Below, one piece after another: positions 49,342 through 58,857 of a DNA stretch of 64,000 nucleotides. Every line of letters starts with the position of its first letter. Positions within the stretch are counted from its first letter, which is position 1. Position numbers and translations under genes: made by a program. The DNA comes from an uncultured delta proteobacterium (GTDB lineage: Bacteria > Myxococcota_A > Polyangia > Polyangiales > Polyangiaceae), in contig CAWDXG010000004.1 of the NCBI GenBank assembly GCA_963806225.1, forward strand, positions 2,656,001 through 2,720,000. The letters run 5' to 3'. The notes beneath the pieces were generated by a model that worked only from the letters and a program-made list of their open reading frames with translations, had not been told where the DNA came from and did not search any database.

Positions 49342-50166
49342 ATGCGAGAGCGCTTCCGGCGGATCCTCGAGACGTGCGAGCCGTACGTGGTGCGTTCGGG
49401 GCACGGGGGCGTGGGGCAGCTCGGATCGGTGCCGGGGCTCGAGCTCGATCCAGCGGTGTGTTTCGATCCGCTGCGGGCCGGGAGCGCGTCGTTCCTGAAC
49501 ATCCTCTCGCGGCTCGACGAGATGACGTTCGGCCCGGTGGGCATGCCCATGCCGCGCTGGGTCTTCTACGACTGTGCCGAGTCGCCCGGAGGGATATTCG
49601 GCTTCGCGCGGCGCGCCGAGGCGGTGCCCGACTGGGTGCGCCGCGCGCTCCGGCTCGAGCCGTCGTACACCGGGCCCGTTCCGCTTTCGATGTACGTCGC
49701 GATCCCCATGCTCGAGCCGGGGTGCTGGCACACCTACACGCTCTGCTCGCTCAACGAGGTCGCACCGGGGGCGGGCCCGGCCAACCTGCGCCTGCTCACC
49801 GAGGCGCTGGCCCTCGAGCTGTTCGGCATCCAGACCGTCTGCGGAGCCACCCAGTGGCGCTCGCCAAAGCTCTCGGTGCACACGCGCTTCGGACCGCTCG
49901 AGCTCATGACCGCGTGGACACCCGCCCACAGCGACCCGGCGACGCTCACCTTCCGCTGCCCCATCACGGACGAGCGCATCGAGCGTGCCCTGGGTCCCGA
50001 TGCGGAAGCACCATCGCCCGATCGCTGGCTCGACTGCGACGACGTCGACGAGCTCTGCCGGGTGCAGCGCGAGATCGAGGCGGGTGCCCGCTACCAGGTG
50101 ATCGGCGGCCCGGTGGTGGACGGCTCCTTCATGCGCGTGCCGGTCTCGGTGGAGGCGGCGTCGTGA
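49342..50166 (+). CDS. Hypothetical protein, paralog A of tandem pair
   Basis: Shares long motifs with the next CDS (TFGP.GMPMPRWVFYDCAE.PG, HTRFGPL.L.TAWTPAHS). Confidence 0.85.
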   Translation: MRERFRRILETCEPYVVRSGHGGVGQLGSVPGLELDPAVCFDPLRAGSASFLNILSRLDEMTFGPVGMPMPRWVFYDCAESPGGIFGFARRAEAVPDWVRRALRLEPSYTGPVPLSMYVAIPMLEPGCWHTYTLCSLNEVAPGAGPANLRLLTEALALELFGIQTVCGATQWRSPKLSVHTRFGPLELMTAWTPAHSDPATLTFRCPITDERIERALGPDAEAPSPDRWLDCDDVDELCRVQREIEAGARYQVIGGPVVDGSFMRVPVSVEAAS

Positions 50167-51002
50167 AGCTGTCGATCCCCACGCGCAACGACGCCATGCT
50201 GTCCAGGCTCGAACCCTTCGTCGTCGCGCTGCCGTCGCACGCAGCGCGGCTCGAGCTCCAACCCTTCGGGCTCGACATCCCGGCCGACCACGTCATCGAT
50301 CCGACGCGGATGGCTTCGGAGGGCTTTCTGCATCGACTGCAGACCCTCGATCAGCTCACCTTCGGTCCGGAGGGGATGCCGATGCCGCGCTGGGTCTTCT
50401 ACGACTGCGCCGAGCTTCCTGGTGCCATCTTCGGCTTTGCAATGCCCGCTCGCGCCCTCCCCGCCGACGTGTGCCGGCAATTGGGCGCCGTAGACCTGGA
50501 CGCTCTGGTGCCGCTGTCGATGTACATCGCCATCCCGATGAAGCCGCCGGCGGTGTGGTTCGGCCACAACCTGGCATCGCTCAATCCCGTCTTCCCCGAT
50601 CTCGATCTGACCGGCCTGGCCAGCATCACCAAGGCCGTGGGCCTGGCGGTCTTCCGCTGCGCTACCCAGTTCGGAGCCACCCAGTGGGACTCGGAGGCAC
50701 TGCACATCCACACGCGCTTCGGGCCGCTGGATCTGATCACCGCCTGGACGCCGGCGCACTCCGAGGCCGCCACTCTCACCTATCGTTTCGACATCACCGA
50801 GGAGCGCCTCCGACACGCGCTGGGCGATCCCGCTGCGAAGCTCGCGTATCCCGAGCCCGACCTGGAGGTCGACCAGGCGGACGAAGCGCTCATGCAACGG
50901 CTGCAGGCGGAGATCGAGCAGGGCGCCCGCTACGTGGTGGCCGGGCGCCCACGGCGCGTGTCCGGGCACCAGCGAGTTCCGCTGGCCAAGTCGAGCAGCT
51001 GA
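50163..51002 (+). CDS. Hypothetical protein, paralog B of tandem pair
   Basis: GTG start overlaps the stop of paralog A (GTGA); 279 aa; it is the tail of the 47802..51002 ORF-track entry. Confidence 0.85.
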   Translation: MKLSIPTRNDAMLSRLEPFVVALPSHAARLELQPFGLDIPADHVIDPTRMASEGFLHRLQTLDQLTFGPEGMPMPRWVFYDCAELPGAIFGFAMPARALPADVCRQLGAVDLDALVPLSMYIAIPMKPPAVWFGHNLASLNPVFPDLDLTGLASITKAVGLAVFRCATQFGATQWDSEALHIHTRFGPLDLITAWTPAHSEAATLTYRFDITEERLRHALGDPAAKLAYPEPDLEVDQADEALMQRLQAEIEQGARYVVAGRPRRVSGHQRVPLAKSSS

Positions 51003-51158
51003 CGGCAGAGCCTGCCCGCGCGTCACCGGCCGCTCGACAATGACGGGCGTCACGCGCCAGCTGCGGAGGCAGCATCCCTTGTCAGCATCCCGGAGAAGCC
51101 ACATCTTGAAATGCGTGGGCTGCGTTCGTGCACTGCCCCCACACGAAGGAGATGCGTC

Positions 51159-51347
51159 ATGCAGCTGGAGCTCGATCGCAAGGAAGCCTCGGCGCTGGAC
51201 GGAGCGCTCCGCCGCTATCTGGACCTTCAGATGACCGAAATCGCACACACCGAGCAGCACGACGTGCGCGTCGCGCTCAAGACAGACTACGAACAGGTCG
51301 AGAAACTCGAGCGGCGTCTGAAGAACCTGCTGGAGACACCCGGCTGA
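51159..51347 (+). CDS. Small coiled-coil hypothetical protein (62 aa)
   Basis: AAGGAG RBS; MQLELDRKEA...EIAHTE. Confidence 0.65.
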   Translation: MQLELDRKEASALDGALRRYLDLQMTEIAHTEQHDVRVALKTDYEQVEKLERRLKNLLETPG

Positions 51348-51369
51348 AGCCGGCTATCTTCCGGGGCCC

Positions 51370-52527
51370 ATGGCCCCATTGAACGGAATCCGCGTCCTCG
51401 ATCTCACCCGCCTGCTGCCCGGCCCGTTCGCGTCGCTGGTGCTCGCCGATCTGGGCGCCCAGGTCGACAAGCTGGAGGACTCGGGCGGAGGCGACTACAT
51501 GCGGCTCACGCCGCCGCTGGTCGGCGGCATGAGCGCGGGCTTCCATGCGCTCAACCGCGGCAAGCGCAGCCTGGTGCTCGACCTCAAGAAGGCCGCGGGC
51601 GTGGCGGCGTTCAAGCGGCTCGTCAAGAGCTACGACGTGGTGTTCGAGCAGTTCCGCCCCGGCGTGCTCGAGCGGCTCGGCTGCGGCCACGACGCGCTGC
51701 TCGCGGAAAATCCGCGCCTCGTGGTCTGCGCACTGACCGGCTACGGGCAGGAGGGGCCGCTCGCGCAGCGCGCCGGCCACGATCTGAACTACCTGGCGCG
51801 CTCGGGGCTGCTCGGACTGATGGGCCCGACCGAAGGCGCGCCGCAGATACCGAGCTTCCAGCTGGCGGACGTGAGCGGCGGGCTGTGGAGCGTAGTCGCG
51901 ATCCTGGCCGCGCTCAGAGAGCGCGATCAGACGGGCAAGGGCCGCTTCCTCGACATCGGCATGATCGACTCGGTGATCCCGTTCGGGACGGTGGTCTTGA
52001 GCAGGCTCCTGGGCGGCGAGCTGCCACAGCGCGGCAACGAGATCCTGACGGGCGGCATCGCGCCCTACAACACCTACGTGACGAAGGACGGCGAGTCGAT
52101 GAGCCTCGGGTCGCTGGAACCCAAGTTCCTGATGAAGTTCTGCCAGGGCGCCGGCATCGAGGTCGACATGAGCGCGCTTCTGCCCGGCCCACACCAGGCA
52201 GCGCTCAAGCAGCGCTTTGCCGAGGTGTTCGCCTCGAAGACGCGCGCCGAGTGGGAGGCCTTCAACGAGCAGCACGACTGCTGTCTGGAGCCAGTGCTGC
52301 GCCCCGACGAGCTCAGGGCCGACCCACACCTGTCGGCGCGCGGCGTATTTTTCGACGTGGAAACCGGCGACGGCAAGGTCGGCCAGTTCCGCACGCCGGT
52401 CACCCCGCGCGACCTCGAAGCCCGCCCGGCCCCGGCCCAGGGCGAGCACACCGACGCGATCCTCACGGAGGCGGGGTTCAGCGCCGAGGAGATCGCGGCG
52501 CTGATGAACGAAGGCGCGACGCGCTAG
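51370..52527 (+). CDS. CaiB/BaiF family III CoA-transferase (alpha-methylacyl-CoA racemase-like)
   Basis: PLNGIRVLDLTRLLPGP, LNRGKRS, FRPGV..RLG, GHDLNYLA, LADVSGG. Confidence 0.93.
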   Translation: MAPLNGIRVLDLTRLLPGPFASLVLADLGAQVDKLEDSGGGDYMRLTPPLVGGMSAGFHALNRGKRSLVLDLKKAAGVAAFKRLVKSYDVVFEQFRPGVLERLGCGHDALLAENPRLVVCALTGYGQEGPLAQRAGHDLNYLARSGLLGLMGPTEGAPQIPSFQLADVSGGLWSVVAILAALRERDQTGKGRFLDIGMIDSVIPFGTVVLSRLLGGELPQRGNEILTGGIAPYNTYVTKDGESMSLGSLEPKFLMKFCQGAGIEVDMSALLPGPHQAALKQRFAEVFASKTRAEWEAFNEQHDCCLEPVLRPDELRADPHLSARGVFFDVETGDGKVGQFRTPVTPRDLEARPAPAQGEHTDAILTEAGFSAEEIAALMNEGATR

Positions 52528-53633
52528 ACGTTGCGGTATTCGTCGATGAATTCCCAGTCGGCGATCAGGTGCTTCTTGAGGAGCAGCGAGAGCAACGCGG
52601 CGAACAGCGCCTCCCAGCGGGCGTTGTCGCCGAGGATCTCCGTCGCGTCGGCGCCGTGCGAGACCGCGCGCAGTGCCGCCACCAGATCGCGGGCCGTCAG
52701 CTGATCGTCAGAGGGCCCGGGCCGCTCGGAGGGCTCGCGCTTCTTCGCGCCCCTGGCGGGCAGGTTCACCTGCGTGCCGTCGAGCAGCGTGAGCGTGATC
52801 ATGCGGGCGCCGCCCTTCTTCTTCGGCGCGGGCATGCTGATCTCGCGGGACTCGATCTGCGGGCCGCTCTCGGGCGGAGGTGTCAGCGTGGGCGCGTACC
52901 CGGCCGCTGCCGCGGACGGCTCGACGGCTTCCGCGGGCGGTGCCCCTCCGGACGCTTCGGCCGCGGGCTCGGGCTCTTCTGCCGGCGCTTCCCGGGGCTC
53001 GACCGGCTTGACGTTCGCGAGCGGCACGGCTTCTTCGGCAGCGTCGCCGTCCGGCTCGACCGCGCCTTCCACCGCGCCTTCCGGCTCGTCCGCGCCTTCC
53101 GGCTCGTCCGCGCTTTCCGGCTCGTCGACGGCACCCTCGTGGGCGACCTCTGCCTGTGCTTCGGAGAGCGACGCGGAGCGCGCGCGACCGCCGTAATAGA
53201 CACGGATCGCCGAGGCGATGTCGGAGGGCGGCGCGATCATCGCCCGCACGGGCAGCCCGCTGTACTGGGTGACGGCCGCCAGCGCCGACTCGTCACTGGG
53301 GTCGTCCATCGCGACGTAGAGCGTCTCGCCCAGACCGCGCACGCGCCGCACGAAGATCGGCACCAGGCAGTGCTCGTCCGCGATGTCGCGCGGAACGAGG
53401 TTGAGGAGCTGCCGGGAGAAGTCGATGTGGTAGAGCGACACCCACGGCACGCTGAGTTGCTGGCTGAGGATCTGCGTGACCTGGGTCTCGGTGACCAACC
53501 CCGACTCGACCAGCAAGGTGCCCAGACGGCGGCCGTCCTTGTTCTGCAGCGCTAGAACCTCCGCGAGCTGCTCGCGCGTGATGATCTGGGCCTCGACCAG
53601 CAGATCGCCCAGCCGGACTCTCGGCGTCGTCAT
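52524..53633 (-). CDS. Stand-alone MshEN/GspE N-terminal domain protein (no ATPase domain)
   Basis: Tandem RLGDLLVEAQII...Q / RLGTLLVESGLV...Q motif, LYVAMDDP, acidic Glu/Pro linker. Confidence 0.85.
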   Translation of the reverse strand: MTTPRVRLGDLLVEAQIITREQLAEVLALQNKDGRRLGTLLVESGLVTETQVTQILSQQLSVPWVSLYHIDFSRQLLNLVPRDIADEHCLVPIFVRRVRGLGETLYVAMDDPSDESALAAVTQYSGLPVRAMIAPPSDIASAIRVYYGGRARSASLSEAQAEVAHEGAVDEPESADEPEGADEPEGAVEGAVEPDGDAAEEAVPLANVKPVEPREAPAEEPEPAAEASGGAPPAEAVEPSAAAAGYAPTLTPPPESGPQIESREISMPAPKKKGGARMITLTLLDGTQVNLPARGAKKREPSERPGPSDDQLTARDLVAALRAVSHGADATEILGDNARWEALFAALLSLLLKKHLIADWEFIDEYRNV

Positions 53634-53943
53634 CCAGCGTGAGACTACTCCACAGAGCCCCCGGCGCCACCCTGTTCTAGCCAGGATTTCGCGAGGATGC
53701 AGCGCTCGGCGCCTGCGGCCGGGGGCGAATTCCAACCGGGGTGCATCCCGTACAGGGGTTTTCTCCCACGCCCCGCTGCTGGATACCCGGCCGGCGACAG
53801 AAGGGGGCGAGAACTCCCCAGAAGCGTGGTATTTTCAGCCGCGTTCCCCCACGGAGTCCGTGGGCCGGATCGAGGCCTTCTGCCAGTGGTGGTCCGGGGC
53901 AGTACTGGCCACCCACTGGAGCTGGTCGTAGTTAGAACTGGTC

Positions 53944-56628
53944 ATGGTGTCCTCCGAAGCCGCTCCGATACGTCCTTGCCCGCAATGCGGGACTGCGTGC
54001 GCGCCCGAGCATCACTACTGCCCCGCCTGCGGATTCCCCGTGGGGACGGTCGGCAGTGACAACGAGGACAAATTCGTCGGCACCACGCTCCCCGGCGGCT
54101 ACCACATCCTCGACCTCATCAGCGTCGGCGGCATGGGCCGGGTGTACCGCGCCGAGCAGAGCGTGCTCGGCCGCACGGTGGCGGTGAAGATCATCCACCC
54201 GCACCTGCTGTCGGACGAGAACTCCGCCGTCCGCTTCATGACCGAGGCGCGCGCCGCGAGCCAGCTCAACCACCCGAACTCCGTGGCCGTGTTCGATTTC
54301 GGCCGCACCGACGACGGCCAGCCGTATCTGGTCATGGAGTTTTTGCGCGGCAAGGATCTCGCGCGGGTCGCCTACGAGGAGGGGCCCTTGCCCTTCTCGC
54401 GAGTCGTCGACGTGCTCAGGCAGGTCCTGACGGCGCTCGGCGAGGCGCACGAGCTGGGCATCGTGCATCGCGATCTAAAGCCCGAGAACGTCATCCTGGA
54501 ACCGCTGCGTCGGGGCGGCGATTTCGTGAAGGTCGTGGATTTCGGCCTGGCCAAGCTCAAGGCCGACGCCCAGGCGCCCAGCGTGACGAGCCCGGGGATC
54601 GTGTGTGGGACTCCGGACTACATGGCGCCGGAACAGGGCCGCGGCGATCCCATCGACGGTCGCAGCGATCTGTACGCGGTCGGTGTGATCCTGTTCCAGC
54701 TGCTCACCGGCCGCCTCCCGTTCGAAGCCGACAGCCCGACGCAGGTCGTGATGATGCACCTGTCGATCCCGGTGCCGGACCCGCGCCAGGTCGCGCCCGA
54801 GCGGAACATCCCCGCGCCGCTTGTGGACGTGGTGTTCAAGGCGCTCGAGAAAGAGGCCGACAAGCGCTACCAGGACGCGCTCGAGTTCGCCGACGCGCTG
54901 GCGGACGCGCAGAAGGCCAGTGAGAGCAATCCGCCGGACCAGCGGCTCTCGGCGCCCTCGCTGATACCGGGCAGCACCGTGAGCTGCCCTTCGTGCGGCA
55001 TCACGGTGCCGATGGCGAAGTTCTGCTGCGAGTGCGGTACGCGCCTCACGCCGCAGAGCCTCGCGCCTGAAACGGCGACTCCGCCGCAGCTGCCGCTGCC
55101 GCTCGTGGGTCGCGACGAGGATCTCGCCTGGCTCGCGGACCGCAGGCAGACGGTAGCCAGCTCGCTCGTGTCGGCGCGGATCGTTGGCGAGCCCGGAGCC
55201 GGCAAGACACGCTTGCTCTGCGAATTCCTCGAACGCTGCAACGGCGCAGGCGACCTCACCGTGAAAACCGGCCCCGACCCGTTCGGGGCGGAGGTCGCCT
55301 ACTACGCTCTGCGTGACACGATCCGGCGGCTGGCCGGCACCGGCGAGCAGGAAAACGGCAGGCGCCGCTACGAAGGGGCCAGCGCCGAAGCCCGCCGCGG
55401 ACTCGACGAGATGTTCGAGGTCTCGGAGCGCAATTCGGACAAGCGATCGCCGGTAGAGCGACGCCACGCACTTGCCGAGGCCTTGCGCTGGGCACTGGTC
55501 CGCGCCGCCGGGACAGCCGCACCGGGCCGCGTCATCGTGGCGGTCGACGAGCTGCATCGCGTCGACGCACCGAGCCGGGACGCCTTTGCAGACGTGGTCG
55601 GCGAGCCGCCGGACTGCGCGCTCATGATGATCGCAACACACACGCCAGGCTTCGAGTCGGGCTGGGGAGGCGGAGCCCGGGTGCTCGGCGGGCTGCCACC
55701 GCCCGTAGTGTCGCGACTCGTGCGTTCCGCACGACCGGCCGACGGGCTGTCGTGGGAGAGTGGCGAGGACGGCACCGGTGGACACGGCGCACTGCCGATG
55801 TATGTCGAACAGCTCGTGCGCTACTCGCTGGAGGGCGGGAGCGATCCACCGAGCCGCCTCGCCGACCTGGTCGCCCATCGGATGGACACGCTGGACCCGC
55901 ACGCCCGCCGCGCGCTGCAGGCGCTTGCGGTGCTCGGCGACTCGTCGGAGCCGAAGGACGTGGCCCGGCTGCTGCCGAAGTCCCATCAACTCGACGGCGC
56001 GCTGGACACACTCCAAAGCGCGGGAATGATCGAGCGCTCCGGCGTTCTGGTCTCGACATCGCACCCGCTGCTGCGCGAGATCGTGCTGGCCGGCATCCCT
56101 GCGGCCGTGCGCCGCGAGCTCCACGCCAAGGCGCTCAGTGTCTGCGAGCGGCGCTCGGCGCCGATCGAAGCCCGCGCGCAGCACGCCTACTACTCGCAGG
56201 ACTCGTTCTCGGCGCTGATGTTGCTGGAGCAGGTCGCGGACCGCGCGGCGACGCGCGGCGATGTGGCCACCGAGGTGCTCGCGCTCCGCCGCGGCCTCGA
56301 GGTCGCCAGGCAGGAGATCTCGCGCGGCGAGTTGGACGACCCGCTCAGAGCGGTGCTCATCTTCGGTCGCAAACTGGGCTCCGCGCTCACGCGCTCGGGC
56401 AATTTCGCCGACGCGGAAGGGGTGCTGCGCGAAGCCCTCGACGTCGCCGGGCCGAGCGGCCCGGACCGTGCCAAGGTGCTCGGCGCGCTCGCGCAGGTGG
56501 CGCACGGACGCCAGCGCCCTGCCGAGGCCATCGGATTCATCGACGAGGCTATCGAGATGGCGCAGCAGAGCGGCGAGCGCGAGCTGTTGTCGACGCTCGC
56601 GGACACGCGCCGTGCCTGGGCCTCCTGA
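53944..56628 (+). CDS. Ser/Thr kinase with double zinc ribbons, P-loop ATPase and TPR-like C-terminus
   Basis: CPQCG/CPACG; GGMG, HRDLKPEN, DFG, GTPDYMAPE; CPSCG/CCECG; GEPGAGKT; VAVDELH. Confidence 0.92.
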   Translation: MVSSEAAPIRPCPQCGTACAPEHHYCPACGFPVGTVGSDNEDKFVGTTLPGGYHILDLISVGGMGRVYRAEQSVLGRTVAVKIIHPHLLSDENSAVRFMTEARAASQLNHPNSVAVFDFGRTDDGQPYLVMEFLRGKDLARVAYEEGPLPFSRVVDVLRQVLTALGEAHELGIVHRDLKPENVILEPLRRGGDFVKVVDFGLAKLKADAQAPSVTSPGIVCGTPDYMAPEQGRGDPIDGRSDLYAVGVILFQLLTGRLPFEADSPTQVVMMHLSIPVPDPRQVAPERNIPAPLVDVVFKALEKEADKRYQDALEFADALADAQKASESNPPDQRLSAPSLIPGSTVSCPSCGITVPMAKFCCECGTRLTPQSLAPETATPPQLPLPLVGRDEDLAWLADRRQTVASSLVSARIVGEPGAGKTRLLCEFLERCNGAGDLTVKTGPDPFGAEVAYYALRDTIRRLAGTGEQENGRRRYEGASAEARRGLDEMFEVSERNSDKRSPVERRHALAEALRWALVRAAGTAAPGRVIVAVDELHRVDAPSRDAFADVVGEPPDCALMMIATHTPGFESGWGGGARVLGGLPPPVVSRLVRSARPADGLSWESGEDGTGGHGALPMYVEQLVRYSLEGGSDPPSRLADLVAHRMDTLDPHARRALQALAVLGDSSEPKDVARLLPKSHQLDGALDTLQSAGMIERSGVLVSTSHPLLREIVLAGIPAAVRRELHAKALSVCERRSAPIEARAQHAYYSQDSFSALMLLEQVADRAATRGDVATEVLALRRGLEVARQEISRGELDDPLRAVLIFGRKLGSALTRSGNFADAEGVLREALDVAGPSGPDRAKVLGALAQVAHGRQRPAEAIGFIDEAIEMAQQSGERELLSTLADTRRAWAS

Positions 56629-56637
56629 GGCGCCGGC

Positions 56638-57732
56638 ATGACATCCAGCGCGACGAACGCGGACGGGACCGACGCGGCTCCAGGTAGGGGCGTAGCTCCG
56701 GCGGCAGCGCTTCCGCTCGAGTTCATCGCGCGCTGGGACCTGGACAAGACCTATCTGCGCACTGATTTCGACACGCTGGGCGATCTGGTGCGGACGGCCT
56801 TCGAGCGGCCCGACCGCAAACGCTCGGTACCGGGGGCAGCGGCGCTGCTTCGCGAGCTCGGCCGCACCGGCGCGCGCATCCACATCCTGAGCGGCAGCCC
56901 GCGACAGATGAAGAGCCGGCTCGAGGAGAAGCTCCGCATCGATCGCGTGCGCTGGGATGAGCTGACGCTCAAGCCGAACCTCGGCAACATGATGCGGTTC
57001 AGGTTCCGCGCGCTCAGGGACCAGCTGGGCTACAAGCTGCCCGTTCTGCTCGGCAGGCGCACGCGTGACCAGCTGCTCGGCAGCGACGACGAGCTGGTCA
57101 GCGAAGTGCTGGTCGGCGATGACGCGGAAGCGGACGCATTCGTCTATTCGCTGTATGCCGACATCTGCGCCGCAACCGTGAACCGCATCGAGCTGGAGCG
57201 GGTCCTGGACGCGGGACAGGTCTACAGCGACATCCGCGCCGAATGCCTCGACGCTTTGCCCATGCTCCGGCGGGGTCCGGTGGTGGAGCGCATCTTGATC
57301 CACCTCGACCGGCAGACACCTCCCAGCCGCTTCAGCGACTATGGGCCGCGCGTCGTTCCCTTCTACAACTACCTGCAGGCCGCGTTCGTACTCGCCGAGG
57401 ATGGGCGGCTCGACGGCAGCGCAGTGCTACGCGTCGCACAGGAATTCGTGGTGCGCTATCGCTTCGACGCCGACGCGCTGGCACGAAGCTACCTCGATCT
57501 CATGCGGCGAGGACGGGTCCGGGGGCGGCTCCAGGCTGCGCTTGAAGAAGGGCTCCCGGCATTCGAGCCGGACGCAGCGGGCGGCCAGCTGTCGGGGATG
57601 TGCGAGCAGATCGCCGGGTACATCCGGGAGCGCCCTGACGGCGATCCGCCGCCCGAACCGCAGCTCGACTATGTCGAGCTGGCGCGCCGGCACAAGAGTG
57701 GACGCAACCGCACGCACCGGCGGGGGCGTTGA
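56638..57732 (+). CDS. HAD-superfamily (App1/DUF2183-like) phosphatase
   Basis: WDLDKT (DxDxT), LSGSP, GYK, VGDDAEAD motifs. Confidence 0.75.
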   Translation: MTSSATNADGTDAAPGRGVAPAAALPLEFIARWDLDKTYLRTDFDTLGDLVRTAFERPDRKRSVPGAAALLRELGRTGARIHILSGSPRQMKSRLEEKLRIDRVRWDELTLKPNLGNMMRFRFRALRDQLGYKLPVLLGRRTRDQLLGSDDELVSEVLVGDDAEADAFVYSLYADICAATVNRIELERVLDAGQVYSDIRAECLDALPMLRRGPVVERILIHLDRQTPPSRFSDYGPRVVPFYNYLQAAFVLAEDGRLDGSAVLRVAQEFVVRYRFDADALARSYLDLMRRGRVRGRLQAALEEGLPAFEPDAAGGQLSGMCEQIAGYIRERPDGDPPPEPQLDYVELARRHKSGRNRTHRRGR

Positions 57733-57738
57733 GCAAGG

Positions 57739-58557
57739 TCACACCCAGGCGTTGTTCAGCACTTCGCCGACCCCGCCGGCGCCGGGAACGATGTACTGCT
57801 TGTCGTTGAGCCCGCGCTCTTCGTTCCAGCGTTCGCCCGGGACGGCGTCGAGCACGTCGTCGGGCGAAAGGCCGCGATCCAACCTGAGCGCGTAGATGAT
57901 CGCGTCCGGCACCTCGGTCGTCACGCGCCGGACATACTCGGGCGTCACGATCAGATTCAGTGCAATGCAGCGGTGCGGCACGCCGTCGAGATGCTCGCGA
58001 TAGTGCCGCATCGCGCTCACCATGGAGGAGCCGGTCGCGCCCATCGGATCGGGAAACAGCACGAATCGGCCGTCCACGTCCCGTCCAATCTTGGCGTCAT
58101 GCCACTCGGCGCCGGTCACCTCGCCCTTGTCGTTGGTGACGCGGCTCATGAATAGGTGATCCTGCCGGACACCCGAGGGATCGAGCACGGTGTTCAGCAT
58201 GTCGTAGGTGACCTGGGACGGCATCGTGCCGGCGCGCGCGATGCCGACCGTGACCACTTTGGTGTCGCGGGACACGACCGTGCCGCGATAGACGGCCTCG
58301 GCCGGATGCTGCGTCACCATCCGCGTCTTGACGCTGGCGCGCTCGCGAGGAAGCTCCTGGGCGACGACTGCGCGGACCAACCACTCGTAGAGCGTGACCA
58401 CCAGCCGCCCGACTTCGGGCTGGTTGACCTCCGGCGCGCACGCGCGCGCGAGCAGCGTCCAGGCGAGCGGATCGTCCAGCAGATGGACCTGCTCGCCGTA
58501 GCGATGCTCGAGCTCGGAGGAACGGAACCGACTCTGGAGATAGGCAGCGTCCGGCAT
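57739..58557 (-). CDS. upp: Uracil phosphoribosyltransferase (divergent)
   Basis: IARAG, DPMGATGSS PRPP loop, LNDKQYIVPG. Confidence 0.8.
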   Translation of the reverse strand: MPDAAYLQSRFRSSELEHRYGEQVHLLDDPLAWTLLARACAPEVNQPEVGRLVVTLYEWLVRAVVAQELPRERASVKTRMVTQHPAEAVYRGTVVSRDTKVVTVGIARAGTMPSQVTYDMLNTVLDPSGVRQDHLFMSRVTNDKGEVTGAEWHDAKIGRDVDGRFVLFPDPMGATGSSMVSAMRHYREHLDGVPHRCIALNLIVTPEYVRRVTTEVPDAIIYALRLDRGLSPDDVLDAVPGERWNEERGLNDKQYIVPGAGGVGEVLNNAWV

Positions 58558-58857
58558 GGGGTGCGTAGGCTATCCCAACGCGCAGCCCAGCGGATGGCCC
58601 CCATACATCGACCGGTCGGCCGGCTGTTGGTCGGTGCGGCCGGCTGCGCTTGCTGGCCCTGGAGCACCCGTGTGCTACCCCCGACAGGATTCTGATTGCC
58701 CTGCCCGGCTGGGCAACAGCGCGAGTTCGACTGGCGAAATGCGAGAAATCCCAATAGGCTCGGCCCCAGCCCGGCTCGGGCATCCCACCCAAGCCTCCGC
58801 GACTGCCAGCCGTCGCGGTAGCACGCCCGCCCCCACGGGCGATGAAAGGATCGCGAC

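Noticed and set aside
47802..51002. 1066-aa ORF suggesting a large fusion protein
   Set aside because: Artefact: accC start codons, an off-frame read-through of accC and paralog A, then the real paralog B
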